Of a stretch of DNA of 64,000 bases, positions 23,741 to 36,429 are shown one piece after another. This stretch comes from Selaginella moellendorffii. Its lineage: Eukaryota; Plantae; Lycopodiophyta. How positions within the stretch are numbered: the stretch's first letter is position 1; each line of letters starts with the position of its first letter. The notes under the pieces are model-generated. The model worked only from the letters and a program-made list of their open reading frames with translations. It was not told the origin of the DNA and did no database searches. The stretch is from assembly GCF_000143415.4 (NCBI RefSeq), contig NW_003314345.1, positions 638,574 through 702,573 of the forward strand. The letters run 5' to 3'. Both the position numbers and the translations under genes were made by a program.

Positions 23741-26308
23741 CAAAACCAAACAATGTCGAACAGACCAAAGTGAAATCAGTCCCTTAGGCAATTCCCAAGT
23801 ACAAACCAAAGCCCCCACCGGTCTTCAAGGGAGTGAACGACTATAAGGTGGTGGAGGATTGGTTTTACAATATGGAGGACTACTTCTGTCGCGAATGTGA
23901 CTTCGGGTATCGAAAGTTACCTGTCGACTAGTCCTTACGGACACTCTTTCCTTACTGCCACGATGGCAGGAGGTCGGTATTGCTGGACCCTTTATTAGTC
24001 CCTCTTGTGCTAGTGGAGTTAACTGGGCATTTCGAGTGTACTTAGACCGGACAAGCATAAGGACGGAATTCCTACGTGTTATTAGCTAAGCATACTTAGC
24101 TCGGTAAGGAGTTCCCGTCTCGTTATGTCTTGCACTGGCTAGTGACAAGAACCCTCGCGTATTGAGATTGGTCCCTCAATATCGCTACATGATAGCTTAC
24201 CGTGTCTGCCAAACACCCTCGCTATCATGCCCTTTGTGTTAGTCTCGTTTCAGTCCCAAATGCTATTTATGGAAAGTGTCCAGATTTGCTCATTTGGCAT
24301 ATCTACAGAATGTAGAGATCGTCCTGAACACAATGGTGTTCGTCCCGTGTCCAAATTCGCAATCTAGGGACATTCCATATTTAGTAAGTTTCAAGCTTGT
24401 CCCAGAAACTAACTCCTAATACTAAGGGAGGCTTGGGGTGAAAGCCCAAAGCGTGTGTTCCTCAAGGGGGGGGGGGGGCTGTGGGGGGTTCCAAATGTAT
24501 AGTAGGGATAGTGGGTAGGTCGGGCATGGCCGACCAACCTGAGGCATAGTCTAGCTCCCGCTTGCGTGCCTGTCCTTGTTCTGCGTCCGGCTTGGGTCTA
24601 AGTCCAAGTTCCATTCCATGCTAGCTGGTGGAGTACCCATATCCTCACGTTAGGCCACCGGTATGCCGAAATAGCGCCAGACTCCGTTTGGCTCCGTTTT
24701 GCGTGCTGGTCCTGGCATTGGGATGCTGGTTGCTCCAGGACTGTTCCAAGTCGCTCCGGGCCCCTGTCCCTTCGCTCCTTGGGCTTTATGCTCGGGAGTT
24801 GCTCTGTGGTCCGGTTCCATCACTCCTTGGCGTCACGCTTGGGAGTTTGGCACCGTTCCTTCGTTCAGTGGCCCAAGGCCCTGAACCTCGGGTTCCTATG
24901 GACACGTGGCATGGACACGTGGCATGTGACACGTGGCATCTGTCACGTGGCACAAAGAGGGTTTAGGTTCCGCTTCGTGGTGTTATCCTATGGTAAATCA
25001 CCATAGGATAAAGGGTCAAAAAGACGTGCGCTACAACTTCCAAGCGTTGCAGTTACCGAGCTCAAAGAAGGTCCCATGTGCAAAACCATACTTGGCAGAT
25101 AATGCCAAGTCTTGGTGGAGAATGACAAAGGCCAACAAAGGACCGGTGGCCACTTGGGAAATGATGAAGGCAAGGATCTGCACGACTTACATTCCTCCAA
25201 ATGCTACTCTACATCTAAAGGACGAGCTGAGTAGGCTAAAGCAGACCGGAACCATTCAAGGGTATGTGAATGGGTTTATGGCAAAGAGGATACTTGTCAC
25301 GGACATGGGGGATATGGATGCATTCTATGCCTTCATATCAGGTTTGCAAACCTGGGCTCGCGGTAAGGTGATGCGTTGGAACCCAACCAACTACAAGGAA
25401 GCGTTGGATGCGGCCATCAAGGTGCATTTCAACGATAACCTGCAAAAGGGGAACATGACGGGGTCGGGGTCCACGTTTAGCAAAGGGGCCAAACCAAGGG
25501 GAATGTATAGCAGAGGGAAATTCAAGAAGAGTTTCTCTAAGAATGAGTCCTCAGGGTTCCGAAAAGGCAAATCCGGTGGCCAGCAAGCGAGTATGTGGGG
25601 GAGTCAAACGAAAAGAGACAAACCCATGGATAAGAAGGTCAAGTCATATAGCAGCATAGGAAACAACGTATACTACAACTGCGGTGAAGCAGGACACTTT
25701 TCGAGGGAATGTCCCTACCCGAAGAAGGTCAGAGCCAATATGGCCATCAAGTCGGGTGAAGTCCAAACTAAGGTATGTGATCTAGTCCCTAACTCAAAGT
25801 TACTCATTACACGAGCAACTTTGGTAGAGAGTCATTCGCGACATCTACTAGCCCTCCGAGGGAAGCTCAGAAGTAGCTTTGTTAAGATCCTTATTGACAC
25901 GGGTGCTTTGGATAATTTTGTGGCTGCAAACATAGTCCGGCAAGCCGGACTAACAATGCAGCAGTTGGGCGAACCAAGGACTATAGAGTTTGTTCAAGGT
26001 AACCAAAGCACCGATGAGGTACTTCGACTAGCGAGAGTCGAAGTAGGGACATGGAAAATGGACATGGATTTCACAGTGTTAAACATGGTGGGATTTGACG
26101 TGATCTTCGGAATGGATTGGTTCAATCGGTTCGTGGTAGCCCTGCATGGACAAGGTAGGAACCTTATGGTACTAGCGAATGCCTAAAGAAGAAGATTCAG
26201 GGTGGAGGCCCAGGATCTAAAGGTAGGGCAATGCAAGGCCAAAGATTCCTGCCTAAACCTGGTGTCCACAAGAGGACAACTCACTAAAGAAACCAATGCA
26301 ACATTTTT
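23741..26308 (+). pseudogene. Inverted copy of family B gag-protease, interrupted by a solo LTR-A
   Basis: Near-identical reverse complement of ~21540-23030. Confidence 0.9.
23887..25035 (+). mobile_element. Solo LTR of family A
   Basis: TGTCGCGAAT...GCGCTACA flanked by 5-bp TSD ACTTC; removing it restores gag (MEDYFQALQ). Confidence 0.95.
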
Positions 26309-27340
26309 TAGCTTGCGTACGAGAGTCTCCAGCAGGGCATTGGTCTATGCCAATTGTCCTTCTAGAACGTCCAATCGCACCTTGGACATCTGAACCTCAC
26401 CACCAGACTCCTGTTTGGAAGATTCCTTACTAGAGTCCTCCTCATGCAAGGATTCGTCATCCATAGCCTCTCGTTCGACCGGAGGGTCCAGCTCTGGAGG
26501 AGGTTCCATCTCCGCCTTGGTTCGTTTCCGCCCTGCCTTTGCCATCTCCCAGCAATCCACCTCTATCCTTCGCTAGAACTGAGGAAAGGTCTCCGATACC
26601 AAATTGTAAGCCACAAATTTTTCCTTTCCGATTTGCCAGTTTACCTCATCTACCCGACCAACACCGCCTTGGCTTGTGCTAAGTTCCCTCGCCAAGGTTC
26701 CCGCCTATTGTACCAGCTCCTACTTGGTCCTACTTGGTTTCAGCTACTCACTGCACGAGCAACGGAGCGTTAGCCATCCGTCCACGGATTCCGAAATCTC
26801 TCCCAATCCCCCTCCCTATGTTAGACTGGACTTAAGGTTCGGCTACACTCCCCACAGGCACAAGCAACCAAGCACACCAAGCCTTCAGGTTCCTAACAAA
26901 GCTCTATTTCGTTAAAGTGGGAATTGTCATTATCCCACTTGTAAAATAAGGTTTCCAAACCTTTATATAGTATATAAATATAACAAAATTCAACTGCATT
27001 GAGGCACATGCCATTTTATTTTAAACAAGGAAATGTCTACTCAATCACTTCTCCTCCCCCTGCCACTGCTTCACCTCTCTCTTCTCCTTGTCATCGTCGT
27101 CCAATTTCTTTCCATCCTTTTAATATTGGCTCAGTTGCTCCGAGTCTAGGTGGAGCCCAAGTCCCCATTCAATCTTTACTTTCCCATTATTAATAAAACA
27201 ACTTCGTAGACTTCCAATAACATGCTGTAACACTTCTAGTATAATGCAAATCCTCTCAAAGAATTGTCTTTTAATATTAATACAATGGCATGGAACCCCA
27301 TGCCATAATAAGTTACATTTTTAAATAAATACATGCCATC

Positions 27341-30300
27341 TCAGACTGTTATTTTTTGCCTCCAACGCCTATACAATAATCTTGGAATTTCATCACTCTC
27401 CACACTATCAGGATTTAAACCCAATAGTAACGCCATCTCTTCTCTAATACATCCACGCTCATGTTCAGTGGTCGAAGAACCCATCCGGTTGAGCAGATTA
27501 TGGAGATGCGGATAGTGCTTGGCTAGACAATATACATGCTATAAATGATGACTGGTGTCTGTCCGATCAAATGGCTTCTGATATACCATTCCATCTGCCA
27601 TTTGGTTGATTTCTGCAGCCACCTCCTGGACTGGCCGGTTCTCTATCACCATCGCTCCAAGCCGTTTTGCAAGGTCCCCCAGAACATACGGTTTCTTCTC
27701 CCTAGTTTCCATACTGCAAGAGATGGGGTGCACTGCATATGTGTGCGTGTTCGCTGCAGTTTTAATCGGCGAGTCATCGATGATGAGGATTTCACTTGAG
27801 CTAGCAGTCCGGTTCATCACTACAGCCTCTGGCTTGACGAAGATGGGCTTGCTACCCCTCACATGGACCATAGTCAAGCAATCCTCCTGCGTTAGGAGAA
27901 AGTCAAATGGTAATATTACTCGCGTCTGATCGTGCATCATCTGTAGCAACGTTAATGCATTGTGGCGCATCATGGATGTCCAAACTCCCAATTGCAAATT
28001 GAACCCGGCCCTCTGTTTTAAGTGTCGCATGGTCATTATTAGATCCCGCAGTTTCTCCCGTGTGATTAATGTGAATCTGTCTCTTTTGACCAACTTGCGA
28101 CCGCAGGCTTTGGAGGGTGCAATGACATTCGAGGACGAGCCACGCTCATGGGAGAAAAGGACACCGTTCAGATCAAAAACGATACAGTACCTTCGCCGTG
28201 ACTCTGAAATGAAATGCGTCAGCATAAAAAATGGTACAAGTCAATTTTACCATCTACAATATTAGCGAATGTTGCTCCCGATGGTCGTTGAGAGGGTTTT
28301 GGTCGAGGAAACGTGAAGGGCGGAAATACTCTCCTCTGCAATGTGGGGTCAATCGCATCCGATGGCATGTGGGCACATGCCATTTCAGCTGTAGACTCTG
28401 GTACAACTGGCTCAATAGTGGCATGGGGTGGTTCCGATGGCGTGTGATCACACGCCATTTCAGCTGGTGCCTCCGTTGGCAAAGTGGACATGACCGAACA
28501 GGCAGCAGGGGCGGTGTAGGGAGGTTCCAACGACGCGTAGTCAGACGATTGGGCACACGTTGAGTCCGTTGGAAATGAGGATACGACCGGCTCGGCGGCT
28601 GGGGCGGCCTCATGTGGGTCCAATGGCGCCTGGTCACCGTCAGTTGGATATGTGGACAAGATTGACTCAGTGGTATGGGCAGCATCAAGTGGAGCGTGGT
28701 CAGCTTGCTTGGCGTTGATATGGATAGTAGCCTCCACCAGCTCTGATGACTCTTGCAGCCAAGTAGAGTCCACTGGCGGATCCATATGCATGTCCAAATA
28801 TCTCCCTTCGATTGAGATGGTATCCTCCCATGCTACTAAAAACAAACTCATTAGCACATTGAATCGACTATACTGTATTTACCATCAACTGCTATTGAGG
28901 AACTAGGACCGATATCACTTGAGCGCACTGCTGATTCTGAAGGATTGGACATACGTTTCGACCCTTGCTTGGCACTATCCTTCCTCGACACTAAAGGCTA
29001 GAGTTTGTAAATTCAACTGAATAATCTCTACTTACCATTTGCTCTGCGACCTACATGGACAATGTTAGAAATGGTAAAAGGTTAGGAATGGATGTATTAT
29101 TATTTACCTGATGGTTTGTCTTGTATGACCTTCCTCCGCCGCTCTTTGGCCACCTCAGGCTGGCCATCGTCGTCATCATCATCGTCGTCGTTATTGTGAT
29201 CGTCACCATTGTGAGGACCATCCAAGTCCTCTTCGTCCTCCTCTTCTTCGTCCTCCTCTTCTTCGTCCTCCTCTTCGTCCTTCTGCTCTTCCTGCTCATT
29301 ATCTTTCTCTGGCTCCTCATCCCCCTCCTGCATTTCTTCCATAGGCTGCTCAGGCTGGATGGCTTGTTCTTCCAGGACAATCTTGGGAAAATCATCTGGC
29401 CGAGTCTCCATCTCAAAATACAAGACATCCATAGCCTGTTTTAGTGCGTGACCTAGGACCGTATCCTCACCCGACTGTCTTAACATGGTTTCTGCACGTT
29501 CTTGCACCCTTCGAAGACGACGAGATGAGAAAAACGTGGCCCTGCCTTGAAAAGCTTCCCTCATCCATTGTACCTCTCCATTGAGATTGGGGAAGGGGAG
29601 TCCGCCATAGGAATCTGAGTCATGAGGTGGTGACTGCCTGCTTTCACTCAGCCCTTGATCTGCAATGAATGGCATGAGCACACACGCCATAACCGCGAGG
29701 CATTACCTATCATCTTTTCGTTGCCCTTCTTCCTTTTCGAATCAAACGCCTCTGATCTCGACGACTGTCCAACGTGCTTTCGCTTTTTATGACCACTGTC
29801 AGTTTGAGCTTGGCTGGTGCTTGCCTGTTTTGCCTTTGAAGAAGTTTCTCCTGCAAGGAATGGCATGAGACCACACGCCATTGCAAATATAATTTGTACC
29901 TCCTTTTTTCCTATTGCTTTTCTGTTTGTCCTTCTTCGATGCGCCACCAGTGCGCTTTTCAGTCCTCGTGTCTGAATATTCACAACGATCTATAATCAAA
30001 ATGGCGTGAGGCCTCACGTGACCTTACCTTGTGCAGGTTGTGAGCTCGGCCCAACATGGGTATCTTCAACAGTAGCTGTTAACGCCGTTTCAGCATCTGG
30101 GGGTGGCCACGCTCCTGCATACAGAGCTTGTGAGATAACATTTAAACTTAAAGTGCGTACTCACCAGGTTCGCAGAGAAGATACTATTTTTCTTTGGCAA
30201 CTGTAATTATATGCTCCATTGAAGTCACCTCTTCAATGGAGTTTGTCACCGCAACACACGGGACACCCTTGAGTAGTGCGGCTCAAAAGAATAGTCTGCC

Positions 30301-32721
30301 GTAGTTGTACTCGGCAACGTATTTGCCCTTGGAGTCGGAAGCAGGTGACCCACCCGCTATTGCGTTGAAGACCCAGCTGAGCATTTCCCATGCTGCACCT
30401 AGAGCTTTCTCTGGATTCGAAAGCTCCATAGCCGTCTTCAGTTCCTCAGGCACGGGTAAATTGACCTCCCTCAGATCAATTCGATTGGCCTTGTCAAACG
30501 AAGCTGGGAAGTCACTCCAGTCCCACTCTGCTGCAGGACCAATAACAAGGGCGAGTGTGAAGATGCGGACATTCGTCAGTATCTTCTTCTTAGCCATTAT
30601 CCCATGGATCTCCCGCATCTCCTTGCCTTTCAACCGAGCCTTCACCTCGTTCAAGGCCTTCCAGAACTTGTGATAGGATTCGGAGTCGTAGATCATATAG
30701 TGGACTGAAGATTCCACCTCTGCAAGTCCCACCATTAAGTCAATGATGGAGCTGACTTCGTCTGCATGAGTGATCTCCTCGTTTGTGAAGTCCATCACAC
30801 AAAAGATGTTCTTGACCTGCTCATCTCCGCGGGAAACGATGCTCCTCCGCCTTTGATCCTCATCCGAATTCAAGTATACCCGGTAAGGTTCTCGATAGGC
30901 CTCTGCTGCGGGGTCGAGCTATTTCTGAAGCCGGCGGTCGACATCAATCTTAATGAAATTTGGATACTGATCCAACTTCTCAGCTTTACTTTTCGTGGCA
31001 TCCCGCAGCAGATCGATGAACTTGGGGGCCCCCTTCACGTACTCGTCGATGTCTTCATTTGACAACTCCAGCGCTTCCATCATCTCTTGCGTGGTGTCGA
31101 TGCTCACCCTCTCCACGGCCACTTGCTCGAAGATCCAATCCTTCAATAGCGCACGAGCTCTCAGAGTCGTGCACAAGTCCTCGTATGTCACAATATGGCC
31201 GGGAGTCATTTTGGTCTTGTTGAAGACAACCTCACCACGTAGAAGAGCATTAGCCACTGTCAGAAGGTCGTCGTCGTCTAGAGACCGCGAGAAACGCAAG
31301 GCGTTGAGCTTCAAATCATTGGGCTTCCGGCCGTCCTCCACACCCATTGAGTTTGGCAACTCCCCGTCATGGTACCTCCTCAGCACATCTACCCATTTGT
31401 CAAAAACAACTTTTGTCGCGAGTAGAATGTTATGGATGCTGAGTGTGTCATTGACCCCCAGTGTTTTCGAGAGAAGACTCGAGAATTCATGCAATGGAAA
31501 TGGCGTGAGGCCACATGCTATGCCACATACAACGAGGCTTACCTGCCAGGCGCTAGTTGCTAGTGCACGTCCTTGTCCTGGTTTTTGTGGCTTCTTCAGT
31601 TGAACCCAGAGCTTCCGTGTTCGTGCCAATGTCTCGTGCAGACCCGATTTGTAGCACGTTTCTTGCTTGACATTCTGCGCGTGGGAGATGTATATGATAG
31701 ATCGGAGGGGCGAGTTGCCTTTTATCAGGCGGACAACTCTTGTCTTGAAGACTTTCTTCACCTCCTCGCTCACCATAATATCCACAACTATCTCTTGCAT
31801 CGCCAAGCTAGAATGCTGCCCGGAGACGGCATAGAACCGGATGTTCTGATCGTCCAACACCTTCCTATTGATCAAGTCTGGAAACTTCATCTCGCCCTTC
31901 ATTTTTTGGTAGTAGGGGATCACGTCTGCGATGTCGGGTGTTACTGGACTTGCCAGCATCTTCTGCTTCAATTTCTCCACCCACTCATCAGATACTAGCC
32001 TGTGGTTGTATTTGCTTTGGATGTCGATACGGCTCACGTCGATTGTATATACTTTGTTGGAATAGTAACAAGTACTATTATCTGCGACGATTTTTGCTGC
32101 CTCTTCTTGCTCTTTCTGCTCTTTGCGGCTCTTCTTTTTGGTGGGTGTAGTGTTTGAACCCGAGGCAATGGCATCACCGAGTAGCTTCTTTTTTGGAGCA
32201 GGAGAGTCGGATGTCGGCTTGAGCTTGACCACCCTTTTCTGCTTTGGGGTAGTTTCCAGATCGACCCCCTTCCCCTTCGCTTCGCGAACTGGAGGCACTC
32301 TCAATGGCTCAATGTTGGAATATAGTTTTTGAACATCGCCGTAGGTGAGGTCCGTGGATTCCATGTGATCTTCATAGACCCGCAGCGTCTTTGAAATTGT
32401 GGGCCTCCTGGACAACCTCTCCCTAGCTCCCTCTAGGAATTCCTCATAGCCGCTGCCCCCCTCCGGGAAGCCGCTAGGATGTGCAAGGTGGATCTTGAAG
32501 GCAGACGCTGTCTCTACCACAAGTGCCAGTCCATATTCTTGCATGGAACTGCATGGAGTGTCCGTCACTTGGATGAGGATCCCCATGCATTCTTTTCTCC
32601 CACCATCTGTGTTGTACAGCCTCAGATCCTCGCCTTCCATCCCGAAAGTCCAACTGGTGAGCTCCTCCCCCTTCTCTGCATCCACATTGACAGTGGCTGG
32701 AAGAAGAACGCAATTCCTCGC
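27341..32721 (-). pseudogene. Multi-exon cargo gene: ParB/Srx-like domain, degenerate MTase-like segment, acidic/low-complexity region, FCP1/NIF HAD-phosphatase-like domain
   Basis: ParB-like YTIDVSRIDIQ..NHRLVSDEWVEKL...FYAVSGQHSSLAM; FCP1-like CIVFDLNGVLF, LGVWTS, LTQEDC, KPIFVK, IIDDSPIK. Short GT-AG introns (e.g. 30115-30164, 29990-30027, 29851-29899, 29660-29706) join the ORF-track pieces in phase. In-frame stops at 30919, 30283, 30184 and 27539. Start codon not located. Confidence 0.75.
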
Positions 32722-33774
32722 CTGTTCAGAAATGCACAACAATTAGAGCTGACAGATGAAAAGCTAGTAGCTGGAAATAACGTGAGGCCACACGCCATTC
32801 ACCACTGCATCAGATGTCTTGAGGCTGCATCCTAAGATGGCGTGAGGCTACACGCCATCTGTAACCGGACTGCACTCGAGAGCCCAATCAGTGCATGCCA
32901 ATGTTGCTACTGAATGGCATGTGGCCTCATGCCATTTTCTACTTGGCCTAAAAGACTTACCATTTGAAGCCGAATGGAGGCGTGACAACCGGACTCGCTG
33001 GCGAATGTGCACTGTGTGTGCAGCGGATCGTAGCAGCAAGGCTACTCTACCACTTACAGTTGGAGAGTGGCGCTGAAATCTCTCGGGACGCCAAGTGGGC
33101 TGCGTGTGGGTGGCGGAGTGGGCGGCGGAGTTGGCGGCGAAGTTACAAATTGGGTGTGTCTTGAAGTGGACGCCGATGCACACGAGCGCGACACGAGCGC
33201 GATGCGAGCGCGAGTGTGATGCAAGCGCGAGTGGACGCCGATGCACACGAGAAACCTGTAGAGAAGTGGGAGCGCGAGTGGGAGCGCGATGCGAGCGCGA
33301 GTGGGAGCGTGATGCGAGCGCGAGTGGGAGCGCGATGCGAGCGCGAGTACGAAGCAAAATGCAAAACCTAACCTCACACGCGCGAAATGTCACGACGGTT
33401 GGTAATCCCGCCACGTCATCATTTCTCGGACTTGGGCGCCACCATTAATTTCTAGATCGGCGCGCGCATGCGTGAAATCCAAAAGAAATCCGCAACGTCA
33501 TCATTCCTCGGACTGCATGCACGCGAAATCCAAAAGAAAGATCATGATTGGGATATCATTTAATACCCTCGCTATATTTATACCATGCATGATTGGATAT
33601 TCCAAAGCATCTTGTATTTCCAAAAATGCCAGATGTTCAGCTAAATAAATTGTCAGAGGATGACGTTCAAGCATGTGGGCTCATGCAATTTTGATCCCAA
33701 AAAATGCACCAAAAAATGCTCGGCGTCATCTGGCGTTATCTCTTGAATGGCGTGGGGCCGCATGCCATTTTCAG

Positions 33775-35630
33775 GAGCACATAGGAGTATATTCCTAGAA
33801 TATTCTAACACGCGCGAGATTGTTTTGAGTTTCCTGGAGATCCAACCGTTAGATCGCAACTAGATTTTACAGAATGGTATACAATGTCCTTCTTGATGAC
33901 CTTGCAAAGAAGCATCTCGATCGGACACCACATGAGACCACACGAGCCTTACAATGTTTCAGGGGCATTTGCCATAGATCCAACCGTTATTTTGCTCCAA
34001 GATTCTACAGTTTGGTGTGCATTGACCTTTCCATCGACACTGCAAAGGGACATCACAATCAGATGCGGGATCACAAGAAACCAACTTCACTAACTCTGGT
34101 TTCACCAAGATCTACATAAGGAGTTATGAAATGAAAGGACCCTCTCTATTGAAATGTGTTTATGGTCCTATGGGCATTGTGACATATCCAAGGATTTTGC
34201 ATCAAGTTCTGTATTTGCATGTTTATCAAGCTACTGAATTGCTAAACCCTAAACCCTAACCCTAAACATGTGGCAAATGCTGCGTGAAGAAAGATGCCCT
34301 TTCTGGGCAAATGCTGTAAGAGGCAGATGCCGAGCAGATGTATCTCAGGCTAGTGAAGGGGACAAACGAAAGCTAGCAACCAAAGGAATGTAAGCAACCA
34401 AAGGAATGTAAGTAGGGCATGTGTTTGTAAGTTTAAAAATGCCTCAACCACTTAAATTCCCAAGTAAATAAAGCTGTTTCTATTTTTGGTACAGGTAAAC
34501 TTTATAGCGTGTGGGCTCATGCAATTTTGAACCCAAAAATGCACCAAAAAATGCTCGACTAGCATTATTCTTTGAATGGCGTGTGGCCTTATATTGCCAT
34601 AAATGACACAGCATAATTATTCCTTTACACGGCGAATAATCTTGGAGCACATAGGAGTATATTCCTAGAATATTCTGACACGCGCGAGATTGTTTTGAGT
34701 TTCCTGGAGATCCAACCGTTAGATCGCAGCCAGATTTTACAGAATGGTATACAATGTCCTTCTTGATGACCCTGCAAAGAAGCATCTCGATCGGACACCA
34801 CATGAGACCACACGAGCCTTACAATGTTTCAGGGGCATTTGCCATAGATCTGACCGTTATTTTGCTCCAAGATTCTACAGTTTGGTGTGCATTGACCTTT
34901 CCATCGACACTGCAAAGGGACATCACAATCAGATGCGGGATCACAAGAAACCAACTTCACTAACTCTGGTTTCACCAAGATCTACGTAAGGAGTTATGAA
35001 ATGAAAGGACCCTCTCTATTGAAATGTGTTTATGGTCCTAGGGGCATTGTGACATATCAAAGGATTTTGCATCAAGTTTTGTATTTGCATGTTTATCAAG
35101 CTACTGAATTGCTAAACCCTAAACCCTAAACCCTAACCCTAAACATGTGGCAAATGCTGCGTGAAGAAAGATGCCCTTTCTGGGCAAATGCTGTAAGAGG
35201 CAGATGCCGAGCAGATGTATCTCAGGCTAGCGAAGGGGACAAACGAAAGCTAGCTATAAACATGACGGGATGCAAATAGATTACTAGGCTGGTCCTGCGA
35301 AAATCAAAAACCATAATTGAAAACATTGAAAATGCAAAAAGAAAGGTTTATAATATTTTTGAATTTTAAGCAACCAAAGGAATGTAAGTAGGGCATGTGT
35401 TTGTAAGTTTAAAAATGCCTCAGCCATATAAATTCCCAAGTAAATAAAGCTGTTTCTATTTTTGGTACAGGTAAACTTTATAGCGTGTGGGCTCATGCAA
35501 TTTTGAACCCAAAAATGCACCAAAAGATGCTCGACTAGCATTATTCTTTGAATGGCATGTGGCCTTATATTGCCATAAATGGACGTACACACACAGCATA
35601 ATTATTCCTTTACACGGCGAATAATCTTGG
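33775..35630. repeat. ~870-bp tandem duplication between the two Sola genes, each unit with a (TAAACCC)n tract
   Basis: gagcacataggagtatattcc at 33775 and 34645; telomere-like tracts at ~34243 and ~35112. Confidence 0.9.
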
Positions 35631-36429
35631 CGCGGATTGCTGACATGGCATGGCAAAGTTCGAATCACTGACATGGCACAGCTGGATCGAGGCAAGGACA
35701 TGATGTGACAAAGTTCAACCTCCGACAGCAAAGTCTAGAAGCTACTCAGTTTGAAATTTGTCAGAGGAATCATAAGATCTGGTTTGTCAGAGGATTTGAT
35801 GTGACGTTCAAGCGTGTGTTATTTTTGAATTCTCGAACTCATTCCTAGGTCTATCATTTTTGTGCGCCGTGTTCTTGGTTCCGCTGAGCGCAGTGAGCGC
35901 TGCTTGTGTAAGCGGCGTTGTGAGCTGTGGTTTATGCGTCTACAAGCGGTTGCGGCATTGCGAGCGCCATTGTGAGCGGCAGTTTATGCGAGTGGCAGTT
36001 TGTGCGAGCGGCGCTACGAGCAGTTGCGGTGTTGCGAGCGGCGCTACAAGTAGTTGCGGTGCTGCGAGCGGCACTGTCTTTGGTGTGGCTACCGCTTCCT
36101 CTTGATATTCGGCACTTGTGCTTCCTGGTATGTTCACCATGGAATGGTTTAGGACCACATTTAGAAATGGCATGAGGCCACATGCCATCTTGGGCCCTTG
36201 CAATTTCATGGCTAGCGTATTGTCATGTATGTTTTTACTTGCCTGCAGCTGTGTGTATATCAAGATGGCATGAGGCCTCATGCCAATTTTGTGAATGCGA
36301 AATTTCACGTGGGTGTCAATAGCATGTTTGAATAATGGCATGTGGCCTCATGCTATTTGGTATGTTATGATTTAGGCCATTCTCCAATCATTTTTTGTAT
36401 GGTCTTAACTTCTTTTCTGCACTTTCAGA

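Noticed and set aside
24933-26186. Novel 417-aa protein
   Set aside because: Chimeric frame: solo-LTR sequence fused to gag-protease.
34243-35145. Telomere or chromosome-fusion relic
   Set aside because: Only 3-4 units, inside a duplicated segment of a transposon; better explained as telo-box motifs.
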